64,000 nt of DNA from a virus (IMGVR_UViG_3300025416_000002:16552-80551); one strand, 5' to 3'; positions 53,855 to 63,750 are shown, numbered from the stretch's first letter. Numbers and translations: made by a program. The notes: generated by a model not told the origin, from the sequence alone.

Positions 53855-54223
53855 ATGACCGAACCGGCCCCAAAGCGCAAGAGCCGTAAGCAAGAAGTAA
53901 TCCAGGGGAAGATCACCTGGCAAGTGCTCGAGCGACTCTTGAATCACTATTGGGAATGGTACGAGATCTATTTAACTAGCGGTAACCCAGATCTGAAGCT
54001 AAACAACGGCGTTACTGTCAACATCTACGATATCCTGAAAGGAATAGACCGCCTTCCTCCTCGTCAGAAACAAGCGGTGGTACTGTCATGTCTAGAGAAC
54101 CGCAAGGAAGTGGAAGTAGCGAGGATCATGGGCTTCACGAAGTGGTCATCTCAGGTCGGGATGTACAAGCGCAAGGCGCTGAAGACCTTGTGCGAGACCG
54201 TGTGGAAGTCGGAGAACGACTAA
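53855..54223 (+). CDS. Sigma-70 region-4-like HTH protein
   Basis: IDRLPPRQKQAVVL..EVEVARIMG..VGMYKRKALKTL. Confidence 0.75.
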   Translation: MTEPAPKRKSRKQEVIQGKITWQVLERLLNHYWEWYEIYLTSGNPDLKLNNGVTVNIYDILKGIDRLPPRQKQAVVLSCLENRKEVEVARIMGFTKWSSQVGMYKRKALKTLCETVWKSEND

Positions 54224-54570
54224 GCCCACAGGAAGTATTCGACAATCTTGAGGCCGAATACTCCGATAAGTTACCCAAGAACTGGGACGAACTCAACTAC
54301 AGTCAGAAGCTTGAGTGGTTTGCCCACCGTATGTTGCTGGATCACCGCGATACTATCCGTATTGAACAAGGCAACGAAGCAGCTAGAGACACGGGATTCC
54401 TCAGTGACTACCAGCTGGAGAGAAGACGACGTAGAGAAGTGCACTCTAAGCTAGATAGCTGGGATGAAGTGCCACCCCGACAGGGTATCTTCAGTAGAAC
54501 CTACGTCGATAAGAATACCCTATTGACAGGAAGAAAGGCCGAAGATGGACCGCCGAACCCGGGAGTTTAA
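54202..54570 (+). CDS. Hypothetical protein
   Basis: GTG start chosen to limit overlap; start uncertain. Confidence 0.45.
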   Translation: MEVGERLSPQEVFDNLEAEYSDKLPKNWDELNYSQKLEWFAHRMLLDHRDTIRIEQGNEAARDTGFLSDYQLERRRRREVHSKLDSWDEVPPRQGIFSRTYVDKNTLLTGRKAEDGPPNPGV

Positions 54571-55261
54571 AGACCTAGCTAAACTAACTCCTACCACACA
54601 GGAGTTGCTCAGTGAAGAGATCGACGGTGAGCTGTACCTCTATAGCTCATCACCCAATTGCAAGATCTGTTCCACCAGCGATGAGCTGAAGAACATCATC
54701 GACTCATTGCTTCTGTTCCCCAAGACATACCGTGAAGTCCTCCAGGCGATTGAGCCCATCCAGGATAAGCTAGGTATCGAGGGCAAGGAACGCATCAACT
54801 ACGAGAATATCCGCAACCACCAGAAGAAGCACTTGCCGTTTGAGAAGCGTCTGGTCCGTGAGATTGTAGAGAAGCGAGCTAGAGAAAAGAACCGCAGCAT
54901 CCTAGACGCTGGTGATCGACTGCTTACTGCCGAAGCTTTCTATGAAATCATTGTGGCCAAGGGCTTTGAAGGCATTGCCTTGGGCTATGACAAGCCTACC
55001 CTTACCCAGACCATGCACGCTATGGACATGCTTAGCAAGCTGGAGAAGGAAGGACAGGATGATTACCGTCCGGAAGAGTTGGTTAACCAGCTTGACATGA
55101 TCCTTATGGCTATCCGCGAGGTGCTACCCGACAGCATGAAGGAAGCATTGTTTAATCGTATCGAAGAATACCAGAATGGTACGAGCAAGAAGGCTAAAAA
55201 GCCTAGGGCTATCGAGCTGGAAGCTGAATACATCGACGAAGACCTCGAAGACGACCTATAA
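54545..55261 (+). CDS. Hypothetical protein, possible terminase small subunit
   Basis: CKIC...NIRNHQKKH N-terminal motif and a helical body; function is a guess. Confidence 0.35.
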   Translation: MDRRTREFKDLAKLTPTTQELLSEEIDGELYLYSSSPNCKICSTSDELKNIIDSLLLFPKTYREVLQAIEPIQDKLGIEGKERINYENIRNHQKKHLPFEKRLVREIVEKRAREKNRSILDAGDRLLTAEAFYEIIVAKGFEGIALGYDKPTLTQTMHAMDMLSKLEKEGQDDYRPEELVNQLDMILMAIREVLPDSMKEALFNRIEEYQNGTSKKAKKPRAIELEAEYIDEDLEDDL

Positions 55262-55282
55262 ATTCCCTTAGTTTTATGTAAA

Positions 55283-55314
55283 AGCTACAGTAAATCGCAA
55301 TAGTTACTGTAGCT
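55283..55314. repeat. Perfect 11-bp inverted repeat
   Basis: AGCTACAGTAA-N10-TTACTGTAGCT in the gap before the orphan cluster. Confidence 0.8.
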
Positions 55315-55327
55315 AGCAGAGGTATAT

Positions 55328-55837
55328 ATGAGCAGAAAACCACAGCCTTGGCGTAGAGAAGAGTTAACAGAGACCGCTCAACCCCAGGAACATTTCAAGG
55401 TTAAGTCATATCCAGACGCCATTGGTTGGAACGGTGACCCAGCCCACCCAGATCCACGTATCCGTGAGCGCATGATTGCTATTGACCCTCTTGTAGAAGC
55501 CGTGAAGAAGATGCTCGGTGCGTGGGACAGACAAGGTAGCCCCAGTGCTGCCAACATTCCTGTTAGTGATGAAGATTACCACGGTAACCCAATGATTCTG
55601 GGAACCCGAAACTTTGTATTGAAGTGGCGTGGTAGAGGTAGCAAGGCTGGTAGTAGCCACTCGCTGGAATGCCAGAAGTGTGGCAATCTTATGGATGTCA
55701 GACAAGCAGAGATTGTTGATGACCCCATGTCACCCACCGGAACCAACTACCAGCACAAGCAGTTCGCCCTCGGCGGTTGCGTAGAGAACCTGGACAGAAC
55801 ACCATACGGTCCTTCGAGAAGAGCACTTGACCAATGA
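55328..55837 (+). CDS. Hypothetical protein (CxxC..H..C)
   Basis: GAGGT RBS; 169 aa. Confidence 0.6.
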   Translation: MSRKPQPWRREELTETAQPQEHFKVKSYPDAIGWNGDPAHPDPRIRERMIAIDPLVEAVKKMLGAWDRQGSPSAANIPVSDEDYHGNPMILGTRNFVLKWRGRGSKAGSSHSLECQKCGNLMDVRQAEIVDDPMSPTGTNYQHKQFALGGCVENLDRTPYGPSRRALDQ

Positions 55838-56718
55838 TCGAAGACCAGGAAGAAATCCTCAAGTCTGGGGAAGATTATCGAAAGAAGCGCGAGGATCTAA
55901 CCAATAGCTTGGCTCAGGTGAAGAACATCACCGATCAAGCTTCAGAACCAGAGCGTAAGGCAGACCTTGCTGCACGTCTTCGTAGACTATCTAGCTCCAG
56001 CCTTTTCGGTTTGTACGACAACCTTGCTAAGAACGCCCGTTCCGTTGTCAAGCTCGGTACGGAAGCCTTCCCTAAGCTAACCATGACACGGAATGCTCAG
56101 AACAGAACAGTTCAGATTAGCAACTCTCCTAATTTTTCATCTGCTTTGAACGAACACCTTCAAGCGTTGATCAACATCGCCCAGACCCATGACAAGCAAA
56201 TCCTCCCTGGCGGTGGAACAATTACCCCTTGCTTCTCCACACGAGCAAGCGGTGAAACGATTACGAACTTCCTTAAGAAGAAGAAGCCGAACCAGACTAT
56301 GGAAGACACTGACATCCCGGACTTTGGTGACCCAGATGTTAAGATCAACCACTGTGATGGTAAGGAGTGCTCCGACTGCACTGACTGTTCTAGCCACCAG
56401 CATGAACTGGCCAATGCTATCAAGGGTATTTTCAATGGAACCGATGGCATGCGTCAGCTCCACATGAAGAACCTCATCACCGTACTTGGTAGCTGGGCTG
56501 CCCACCAGGACAGCAAGGGTGGCGACGTCGCTACACAGGATGACCCCAAGTTCAACAAATGCCGCCTGGACCACGACATTTTTGGTACAACGTTAAGAGT
56601 GATTGGCAATAAGCTACGCAAAAGCTACGAGAAAGACTACAAGGATTCGTTCAAGCTCGGCGGCGGTAGACACAGGGACTTCTTCCCTGGCGTAGGCAAC
56701 GATACGAGGCAATACTAA
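55834..56718 (+). CDS. Hypothetical Cys/His-rich protein
   Basis: ATGA overlap; HCDGKECSDCTDCSSH. Confidence 0.6.
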   Translation: MIEDQEEILKSGEDYRKKREDLTNSLAQVKNITDQASEPERKADLAARLRRLSSSSLFGLYDNLAKNARSVVKLGTEAFPKLTMTRNAQNRTVQISNSPNFSSALNEHLQALINIAQTHDKQILPGGGTITPCFSTRASGETITNFLKKKKPNQTMEDTDIPDFGDPDVKINHCDGKECSDCTDCSSHQHELANAIKGIFNGTDGMRQLHMKNLITVLGSWAAHQDSKGGDVATQDDPKFNKCRLDHDIFGTTLRVIGNKLRKSYEKDYKDSFKLGGGRHRDFFPGVGNDTRQY

Positions 56719-59036
56719 TGGAACTGCTTAAGCTATTTAAACGAGAAGCATCTACATTCGCAGCTGAACCTATCGATGCATCAATGATCCCTGATCACAA
56801 GGATTGCAACTGCTTTGACGTACTGCTTGGTCCAGAAGGCCAGGAAGTCAAGTCAAGCATGGAGCGTGGTGGCATCCAAGAGCGTCGTAAGGGTCACCGC
56901 AAGGTTATGAAGGCAATCCTTGGTCTCATGAGCAGAGGCGAGAATGGTGATAACGATGCCATCAACCTGCTTGGTCAGATGAAGCGCACCACCCCTGTCA
57001 CTGGTAACCCTGGCCAAGAGGTGGAGCGTCACATCCTTTCACACGTTGACGGTGCTGGCCTTACGCACAGAGACTTTGGCATTGAGGACAGAGAGCTCGG
57101 CCAAGATTACATCCGTGGTCGTGAGACTGCCATGGGTGCAATGAACGACATTGTTGGCAATCCAGCTGACTACCGTCCAACTGAGAATTACCCAGAAAGC
57201 CACTGCGGCACATGCCAGCAGTACCTCACCTCGCTTAAGGGTCAGGCGCACAAGTTCTATTCTGAAATGACGAATAAGAACCAATCAATCCCTGAGGCAG
57301 ACAGAGAGTTTGCTAACCTAGGTGTTAGAGGCATCTTCTCCCGCATGATGGACTCATGGACTAGAAAGAAGCCAGTAGTTCTTCCTGTTGCACCTGAGCA
57401 CTTTGAAGAAGGAAACAAGATTCTTTCTGCTTGGAACAAGCACAGCGAAAGAGATCACGGCACTGGACTCGATCCATACGCATACCTAAAGAATACGCCA
57501 GTCATTTCTGACGAGACCGCTACACGTTTTGATAACCTGTATCGTGGCTTCGAAGGGTTGACTCCAGGTTGGGAATCTACCAGACGCCCCGATGTTCCAC
57601 CAAAGCAGATGGGCGGAGAAATTCGACAGAAGCTAGAGACTGAATTCCCATTTGAGGAACTTGCAGATCGTTATGTACGCGAGCCTGTTACTCCACAAGA
57701 AAGACAAAAGGCCGAGGGCATTGCTAGCCAGATGAAGGAGCAGGGTCTGCTTGAAGACTACGTCCTTCCAAATACGACAGATAATACTAGCCTACCTCAG
57801 CGTATCGTTGAGTCTCCTAATGTTACTGGTTTTGGCAAGGGCCACAACTACACGCTTGAGCGCAAGACTGTAGATAACCAACTTACCTATAACCCTGATA
57901 GATGGAATGCAGATTACGAGGGCACACTCACACGTCCACGCTATAACTGGATGTCGCTGCCAAAGGAATATGACACCGATCGACCAGAGATTATTGCTCA
58001 GTGGGAGAACCACCTGCAACTCGGACCAGGGCCTATCAACTGTGTCCACGAGAGCCACGGCGATGATGACGATGCTAGAGGCACCTGTGACGGTTGGCAC
58101 AAGCAAGATATCAGCGACTTGATGCACATCAACCGTGAGGATGCTTACCTGTTCCAGAAGGCTGGCATGATGCCTGACCTTGGAGCACACAAGGAATACG
58201 TAAAGGCTCAGCGCGCCTATGAAGTACAGCCAACGCATGACAACGAAGGCAACCGTATCCCAGAAGAAAATAGGGTTGCTGCTCCTGACGAAGGCATGCG
58301 CACTAGAGGTCTAGTCAACTATAACGCTTCGTACGCTAAAGCACTTGAGAAAGCCTACCCTGGTATGCCCAGAGACCAAGCATTGGATGCTTTGTACGAT
58401 GAACACCAGGGTGTCGTAAAGAAACTCGAGTCCGCAAGGGGCGAGAAGTTTAGAACATCATCAAAGGAAAACAATATGCCACAATTTAATTCACGTTACG
58501 AAAAGGAAGCTCACGTAGACCACAGCTTATTGCAGCAGGGTTTCGATGCGATTACGCACGCAGTGCAACACGGTGGAGACTGGGCTATCCAAAGAGGGCA
58601 GCAGCTCGTTAAGGATATGGTTAATCCCATTAGCGACAAGTTCGATGGTAAGCGCAAGGTCCTGGAACAACTGCAGGACCACGTTAAGCTAGAGCAAGAA
58701 ATGAACTACCCTTATGGTGAAAGCCTTGCTGATACGCAGTTGCAAGACTACATTGTGAACAACACTGGTTCACACATCAACCTCACAGGTCTGGGTGCTG
58801 ATGCTGCCGCAACTGTTGGCTTGGTGAAGAACAGAGAAAAGATCAAGAACTGGGCGAGAGGCCAGTTCGGTATTGGTGGCAAGCACACAGCTAGCTTCTC
58901 GGAGCGTTACGCTGCTGACAGCTCGAAGCTTCCTTGCACAAAGTGTGGCAAAAAGTGCAAAGATGAAGTAGAATGCAAGTCTAACCAGGATGACCGTCGA
59001 CGCCAGCAAGCTGCTGACAACGCGTTCAACGACTAA
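56718..59036 (+). CDS. Large hypothetical protein (candidate internal head protein; internal start at 58476)
   Basis: 772 aa, several Cys/His clusters, KREAS/RYEKEA/RYAA motifs. Confidence 0.6.
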   Translation: MELLKLFKREASTFAAEPIDASMIPDHKDCNCFDVLLGPEGQEVKSSMERGGIQERRKGHRKVMKAILGLMSRGENGDNDAINLLGQMKRTTPVTGNPGQEVERHILSHVDGAGLTHRDFGIEDRELGQDYIRGRETAMGAMNDIVGNPADYRPTENYPESHCGTCQQYLTSLKGQAHKFYSEMTNKNQSIPEADREFANLGVRGIFSRMMDSWTRKKPVVLPVAPEHFEEGNKILSAWNKHSERDHGTGLDPYAYLKNTPVISDETATRFDNLYRGFEGLTPGWESTRRPDVPPKQMGGEIRQKLETEFPFEELADRYVREPVTPQERQKAEGIASQMKEQGLLEDYVLPNTTDNTSLPQRIVESPNVTGFGKGHNYTLERKTVDNQLTYNPDRWNADYEGTLTRPRYNWMSLPKEYDTDRPEIIAQWENHLQLGPGPINCVHESHGDDDDARGTCDGWHKQDISDLMHINREDAYLFQKAGMMPDLGAHKEYVKAQRAYEVQPTHDNEGNRIPEENRVAAPDEGMRTRGLVNYNASYAKALEKAYPGMPRDQALDALYDEHQGVVKKLESARGEKFRTSSKENNMPQFNSRYEKEAHVDHSLLQQGFDAITHAVQHGGDWAIQRGQQLVKDMVNPISDKFDGKRKVLEQLQDHVKLEQEMNYPYGESLADTQLQDYIVNNTGSHINLTGLGADAAATVGLVKNREKIKNWARGQFGIGGKHTASFSERYAADSSKLPCTKCGKKCKDEVECKSNQDDRRRQQAADNAFND

Positions 59037-59047
59037 GAAAGATTAGC

Positions 59048-59551
59048 ATGGCTATTACAGATCCGAATCAAATTGGTGGTATCCGACCAGAAGATGTGAA
59101 GCAGACGCCTGAGCAGATTGCACAGGTCAACGCTTACCTTGCCCAACAGAAGGCTGAGGAAGAAGCACTCGGTAAGGAACAGCCTATTGAGCTGATGGAA
59201 TCAGAACTCATGGGTGTATGGAAGCTCCTCCAGGAACTCCAGTACAAGTACGGCAACCGTAAGGGTAGCTTCGAGAACCTCACGTCTCTTCGCAATGAAG
59301 CAGATGAGAAGTTCGCTGCTCTCGGTTTTCAGGTCATCGTTGACTGGGTTATGCCTGGTCTGATGCAGGCTAATGGCCAGAACCGCCCAGAGCCACCTAC
59401 CATTACCATCGTTGGTCGTCTTGATGGATCTGAATACAACCCCGAGCAGAACCGTTACGAAACTGGTATGGGTGTAGCCGACGATTACTACAACGCTAAG
59501 CGCAAGGCACTTGGCATGAGCAATAAGAAGCTCATTCTCCCTGGTCAGTAG
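59048..59551 (+). CDS. Hypothetical protein
   Basis: 167 aa; strongly biased codon usage. Confidence 0.65.
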   Translation: MAITDPNQIGGIRPEDVKQTPEQIAQVNAYLAQQKAEEEALGKEQPIELMESELMGVWKLLQELQYKYGNRKGSFENLTSLRNEADEKFAALGFQVIVDWVMPGLMQANGQNRPEPPTITIVGRLDGSEYNPEQNRYETGMGVADDYYNAKRKALGMSNKKLILPGQ

Positions 59552-59557
59552 GTTATT

Positions 59558-61174
59558 ATGCGTTTTCGTTGGTCGGGCAGAACATTCAAAAAAGCAGAAC
59601 AGCAGGCAGAAGATGCTGAAGCACGGCTCAACAGAATACGAGAAGAACGCGAACAGTTTGATCATGCCATTAAGAATAAACATGACCTAGATGTTCTTGT
59701 TACCGACTTAGATGCATTAGAGCGAACCAATGACTATCCAAGTAGCGTCAAGCAAATCACTATTACACCTCGTGCTTTGATGGAAGACACTGGTGATAAC
59801 GCAATTAATATAGATGGTCTTGGCGATCAGTGGTTGAGAGCATACCATGAAGGTCAATGGAAAAACTTCACCAATGGAACCAACAGTCAGAGAAGAAATG
59901 CTGTACATATCCGTGGTGTAGTCGGGTCTCGTCCTAGCGAAGTAGAGCCACCCGCTGATTCACTTGATGCTACTAGAACGCCACCATCTTCCTCACCGAG
60001 TAGATCGCTTGCGCCAACTAACTTACCTCCAGCATGGCAAGCACCAACTGAAGGTGAGGGATCTCAGTTCCACCCACTCATTCAAAAGGCAATCGAAGAC
60101 AAGCACCAGATTCGTGTGGTGTATCAGAAGCCTACGAAGAAGGGTCAACCACCTGAGACGGCACTCGAGCGTACGTTAGCACCTGTACAGCTTGGCCCAG
60201 GAGATGCACCTGGCACAACATTAGTTAGAGCATTCGACGTCGATAAGCAAGACGCTATCAAGTCATTCCGCACTGACAGAATCATGAAGTGGCTGGGCAC
60301 AGAGCCTGTGACTGTAACCGTTCCACAGGATACAACGCCACTATCAACGATGCAAAAGCCTACGCTGCAACAACCAGCTTATGGCCTTGGCTATATCGTT
60401 GAGACGCCTGAGGACCTTAAGATATATCGTCGCACAGAGAGGCGCGGTGATATCGATCCTACTCCAGAAGAGTACGAAGAACTCCGCAATCTGGACATTG
60501 ACCCAGAGACTCACGACAAGGCCACCATTCGACGCTTGCGAAATAAGGGCATCACACATCAACAGCTTAAGCAAGTGGCCGAAGAGCACCAGCTGCCATA
60601 CGAAGACTACGAAGTAGGTTTGAACGCTGAAAATGGTAGCCACACCCGTGCTATTGAGCATGCTAAGTTAGCTAGACAGCGTGACCACGAAACCATACAG
60701 GCAAACCGTCAAAGAAACCTGGACTATCCAGATCTCATGACAGGTAAGCAGCTTACGCCTAATCAATACGAACAAGCAATTGGTCAGCTCTTTCTACACC
60801 ACGTGGTGTTAAGGAACTCAACTCACTTTAAGCCACCATACCGTTCACAGCCTAACCGTCAGCGTGCCAATGAATGGATTATGAGTGAGCTTGCCAAGGT
60901 TGAACCACGTCTTAAGAAAAACATGGGTATGACGCTTCACGATCCAGCAGCTTTGCTTCATGGTGACAGCACTCCACGTAGTAATGGCGAACGTAATTTG
61001 AACTACTACGACAATATTGAAGCATTGCAAAGACACCATCGCTCGATCTTCGCAACGACCACTGATCTAAGGGAGTTTACCAGCCAACGGCGTAAGCTAA
61101 ATGCTTTGATGCATGCGGGCAGTGCACGGTTCTTCCCAAGTGGCTATGATCCTGATATGTATGAGGAAGACTAA
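59558..61174 (+). CDS. WYL-domain-containing protein
   Basis: IRVVYQKP...ERTLAPVQL...VRAFD...KSFRTDRI at about 60080-60295. Confidence 0.65.
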   Translation: MRFRWSGRTFKKAEQQAEDAEARLNRIREEREQFDHAIKNKHDLDVLVTDLDALERTNDYPSSVKQITITPRALMEDTGDNAINIDGLGDQWLRAYHEGQWKNFTNGTNSQRRNAVHIRGVVGSRPSEVEPPADSLDATRTPPSSSPSRSLAPTNLPPAWQAPTEGEGSQFHPLIQKAIEDKHQIRVVYQKPTKKGQPPETALERTLAPVQLGPGDAPGTTLVRAFDVDKQDAIKSFRTDRIMKWLGTEPVTVTVPQDTTPLSTMQKPTLQQPAYGLGYIVETPEDLKIYRRTERRGDIDPTPEEYEELRNLDIDPETHDKATIRRLRNKGITHQQLKQVAEEHQLPYEDYEVGLNAENGSHTRAIEHAKLARQRDHETIQANRQRNLDYPDLMTGKQLTPNQYEQAIGQLFLHHVVLRNSTHFKPPYRSQPNRQRANEWIMSELAKVEPRLKKNMGMTLHDPAALLHGDSTPRSNGERNLNYYDNIEALQRHHRSIFATTTDLREFTSQRRKLNALMHAGSARFFPSGYDPDMYEED

Positions 61175-62190
61175 TGTTTAATAGTAGACTAGCCTCAACC
61201 GATCACGGTGTATTCACTTCTATTCCAGAGCATATCGTAGGATTCGACACCGAAACAACTGGTTTGTTCGCACCACCGAAGAGATGCGAATGCCCAGACC
61301 ACCAGTTTGAGCAGACAGATGAAGAAGGCAATAAGACCACCGCTGGTATGCCTGTTCGTCTTTGCCCACGTTCAGCAGAGGAATACAACAGCAGAGACTG
61401 GATCTTCCCAGACCTTGACGCAGTATACCGTAAAGAAACCAAGGGTCTGCCGAGAGACTATAAGGATATGAGCATCCACGAGCCAATTAGCTTTGGTATC
61501 GTGCCTTACTATGGTGGCCACCTTGATGAGAGTGGTATCCAAAGCTATCTCGCTATGCCCAGTGAGCGTACGTTGCGTGTCATGGAGTCAGACCCAGACC
61601 AGTTCGCTATCAAGACGCACGGCTTCACTCGTGATAAGCTAGAAAAATCTTATGACGGTGAGCACCTGCTCTCCGCCACTAAGCTTCCAAGAACTGCCGA
61701 TACTCCAGCGGGTAAGACAGGCATGAGCTTCACAACCTACCAGCCAGCAACAGATATGAGAACTGCGATCGCTCGTACAGCACGTGCACTGGGAGAAGCG
61801 GTACGCAACGGTGCAGTGATTGCTGGCGCAAACGTAAGAGGCTTTGACATCGCCATGCTGAAACACCACTACGAACGATTGACGGGTGAACCAATCGAAA
61901 CTAGTGGGTTTGACCCAAGAAAAGCTAGATACCTTGACGTTATCCGTCACCGGCAGCTTCTATCAGGTGAAACATTCCGTAGACCATTGAGTGACGCAAC
62001 GCCTGCTGTACAAGCTATTAGTGCGCGCAGAGGCGGCAGAAAATACAAAGACACCCAATCGGATCTGTACCGAGTGCAACAGGGTGACCACAGTGCAGTC
62101 GCTGACGCTAGAACATCGGTTGACGTTGCCATCAACCAAATCCTGCAAGCACAGGGTAGATTTACACCGAACACACCGAGAATAGGTTAA
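61174..62190 (+). CDS. DEDDh (DnaQ-like) 3'-5' exonuclease
   Basis: ExoI VGFDTETTG, ExoII GANVRGFD, ExoIII HSAVADA. Confidence 0.85.
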   Translation: MFNSRLASTDHGVFTSIPEHIVGFDTETTGLFAPPKRCECPDHQFEQTDEEGNKTTAGMPVRLCPRSAEEYNSRDWIFPDLDAVYRKETKGLPRDYKDMSIHEPISFGIVPYYGGHLDESGIQSYLAMPSERTLRVMESDPDQFAIKTHGFTRDKLEKSYDGEHLLSATKLPRTADTPAGKTGMSFTTYQPATDMRTAIARTARALGEAVRNGAVIAGANVRGFDIAMLKHHYERLTGEPIETSGFDPRKARYLDVIRHRQLLSGETFRRPLSDATPAVQAISARRGGRKYKDTQSDLYRVQQGDHSAVADARTSVDVAINQILQAQGRFTPNTPRIG

Positions 62191-62191
62191 T

Positions 62192-62455
62192 ATGAGCTGG
62201 GATCTGCAGTATATTATAGATAGAATAACTTCGAAAACCGCATCTGTTGGTCCAAGCGGTATAGATTATAGCCAATTGACGCCATGTTCTCAGAGTCCAG
62301 ACTGCGCCGCCTGCAAGCACATCCAAGCGGTCATGAGTGCTAACAGGGACGAAGAGACCGGCGAAGTGCTCGACAAAGACGCTGATGGTATCCACCAGAT
62401 GCAGCTTACGAGACACAACAAGACAATACCCGATATGACAAAGGAACAAAAATGA
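62192..62455 (+). CDS. Small hypothetical protein (C..C..C.H)
   Basis: 87 aa; SKTAS motif. Confidence 0.5.
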   Translation: MSWDLQYIIDRITSKTASVGPSGIDYSQLTPCSQSPDCAACKHIQAVMSANRDEETGEVLDKDADGIHQMQLTRHNKTIPDMTKEQK

Positions 62456-63750
62456 GAAAGATCTCGAGAGCAGAAGAGCAGTTAACACCAATTAACTTCC
62501 GCACAGCATCTTCAATCCTTGACGATGTAGCAAACGGCGTTGACGTTGTAGCAAACGGCGTTGCTAATGCTGCTGGCAGCGTCAACAATGACATCGCTAA
62601 AGGTGTTAAAGCCGTTGGTGATGACATCGCTAAAGGTATTAACGCCGTTGGTAAGGGTGTTGCTGATGTTGTGGGCGGTGGAGGCAATGCAGCCAAGTCT
62701 GACCTCAAGAAGCACCCAGTCGCTCCAAAGCCTGAGCCGACAAAGCCTAAGGCACAGCCAACATATCCTGACACAGACCGTGCAAAAGATATTGCTGAAG
62801 GAATCGGCCCAGACCCACACGACCCAACAGAGAATGACCCAACAAAGGGTGACCGCAAGCCTTCTAAGCCCAAGCCTGCTGGTGAAGACGATGACAAGTA
62901 TGACAAGCAGCTCGACGCTGCTAAGGGTAACAAGGCCGACTCGCCTCAGCTCATTACCTTCATGAAGGAAGAGGACAACGCTGAGGATGCTAGAAATGGC
63001 GAGAAGCCGGAGTACAAAGGTCTCGGCCAGGCACCAATTCCTACGGGTAACAATAGCAATGCTCAGGGATCTGAAACGTACTGGGGTAATGGAAAGCTAT
63101 CTAGCTTTAATGAACGCTATGCTAGCGAGAAGGGCGAGAGCGGTAAGTTCAAGCCACCAGCAGGTGTTATCTCTGCTGCGAAGCACGCACTCGAACTAAT
63201 TGAACAAGGTAAGGCTGGTGATGGTTTCACCAGCGTTGGTCGTCACCGTGCACACCAGCTTGCTGCAGGTGAGATGGTTCCACTCAGCGACATCAAGCGT
63301 ATGCACTCATACTTCTCACGCCACGGCGTTGACAAAAAGGGTAAGGACTGGGACAATGACAGCCCCGGTAAGGTAGCTTGGCTTGCATGGGGTGGAGACG
63401 CCGGTAAGTCATGGGCCGCTAGCATCGTGAAGAAGCACGGTGGCGGGGATAACAAGAAGGAAGCATCTGGGGATGCAATACCACTTGGACCTTCAAGCAT
63501 GGACTTTAGTCAGTCACAAATTGATGCTCCATGCAATATTTATCACTTTAGCCACGTAGATCATCGCAACCCAAACATGCATTGGTGTACCTGCGGAAAT
63601 CTTAAAACAGATCATAGCGAAGAAAGCCGATATAATGGTTATATATTGTATGGGGATCAAAGGTTCTTAAGTGGAGAGAAGGAAGCCAACGTATCTATGG
63701 ACCCCAACGACTGGCGCAACGAGTACTTCAATCTAGATTCAGATTGGTAA
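62452..63750 (+). CDS. Modular protein with amphipathic repeats and a conserved phage head-associated domain
   Basis: FKPPAGV..AAKHAL..GRHRAHQL..IKRMHSYFSRH..SPGKVAWLAWGGDAG..WA is a recurrent phage domain of unknown function. Confidence 0.6.
   Translation: MRKISRAEEQLTPINFRTASSILDDVANGVDVVANGVANAAGSVNNDIAKGVKAVGDDIAKGINAVGKGVADVVGGGGNAAKSDLKKHPVAPKPEPTKPKAQPTYPDTDRAKDIAEGIGPDPHDPTENDPTKGDRKPSKPKPAGEDDDKYDKQLDAAKGNKADSPQLITFMKEEDNAEDARNGEKPEYKGLGQAPIPTGNNSNAQGSETYWGNGKLSSFNERYASEKGESGKFKPPAGVISAAKHALELIEQGKAGDGFTSVGRHRAHQLAAGEMVPLSDIKRMHSYFSRHGVDKKGKDWDNDSPGKVAWLAWGGDAGKSWAASIVKKHGGGDNKKEASGDAIPLGPSSMDFSQSQIDAPCNIYHFSHVDHRNPNMHWCTCGNLKTDHSEESRYNGYILYGDQRFLSGEKEANVSMDPNDWRNEYFNLDSDW
62521..62655 (+). 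repeat. Coding tandem repeats (2 x 21 nt, 2 x 33 nt)
   Basis: GACGA/TTGTAGCAAACGGCGTT twice; GACATCGCTAAAGGT(G/A)TTAA(A/C)GCCGTTGGT twice. Confidence 0.8.
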
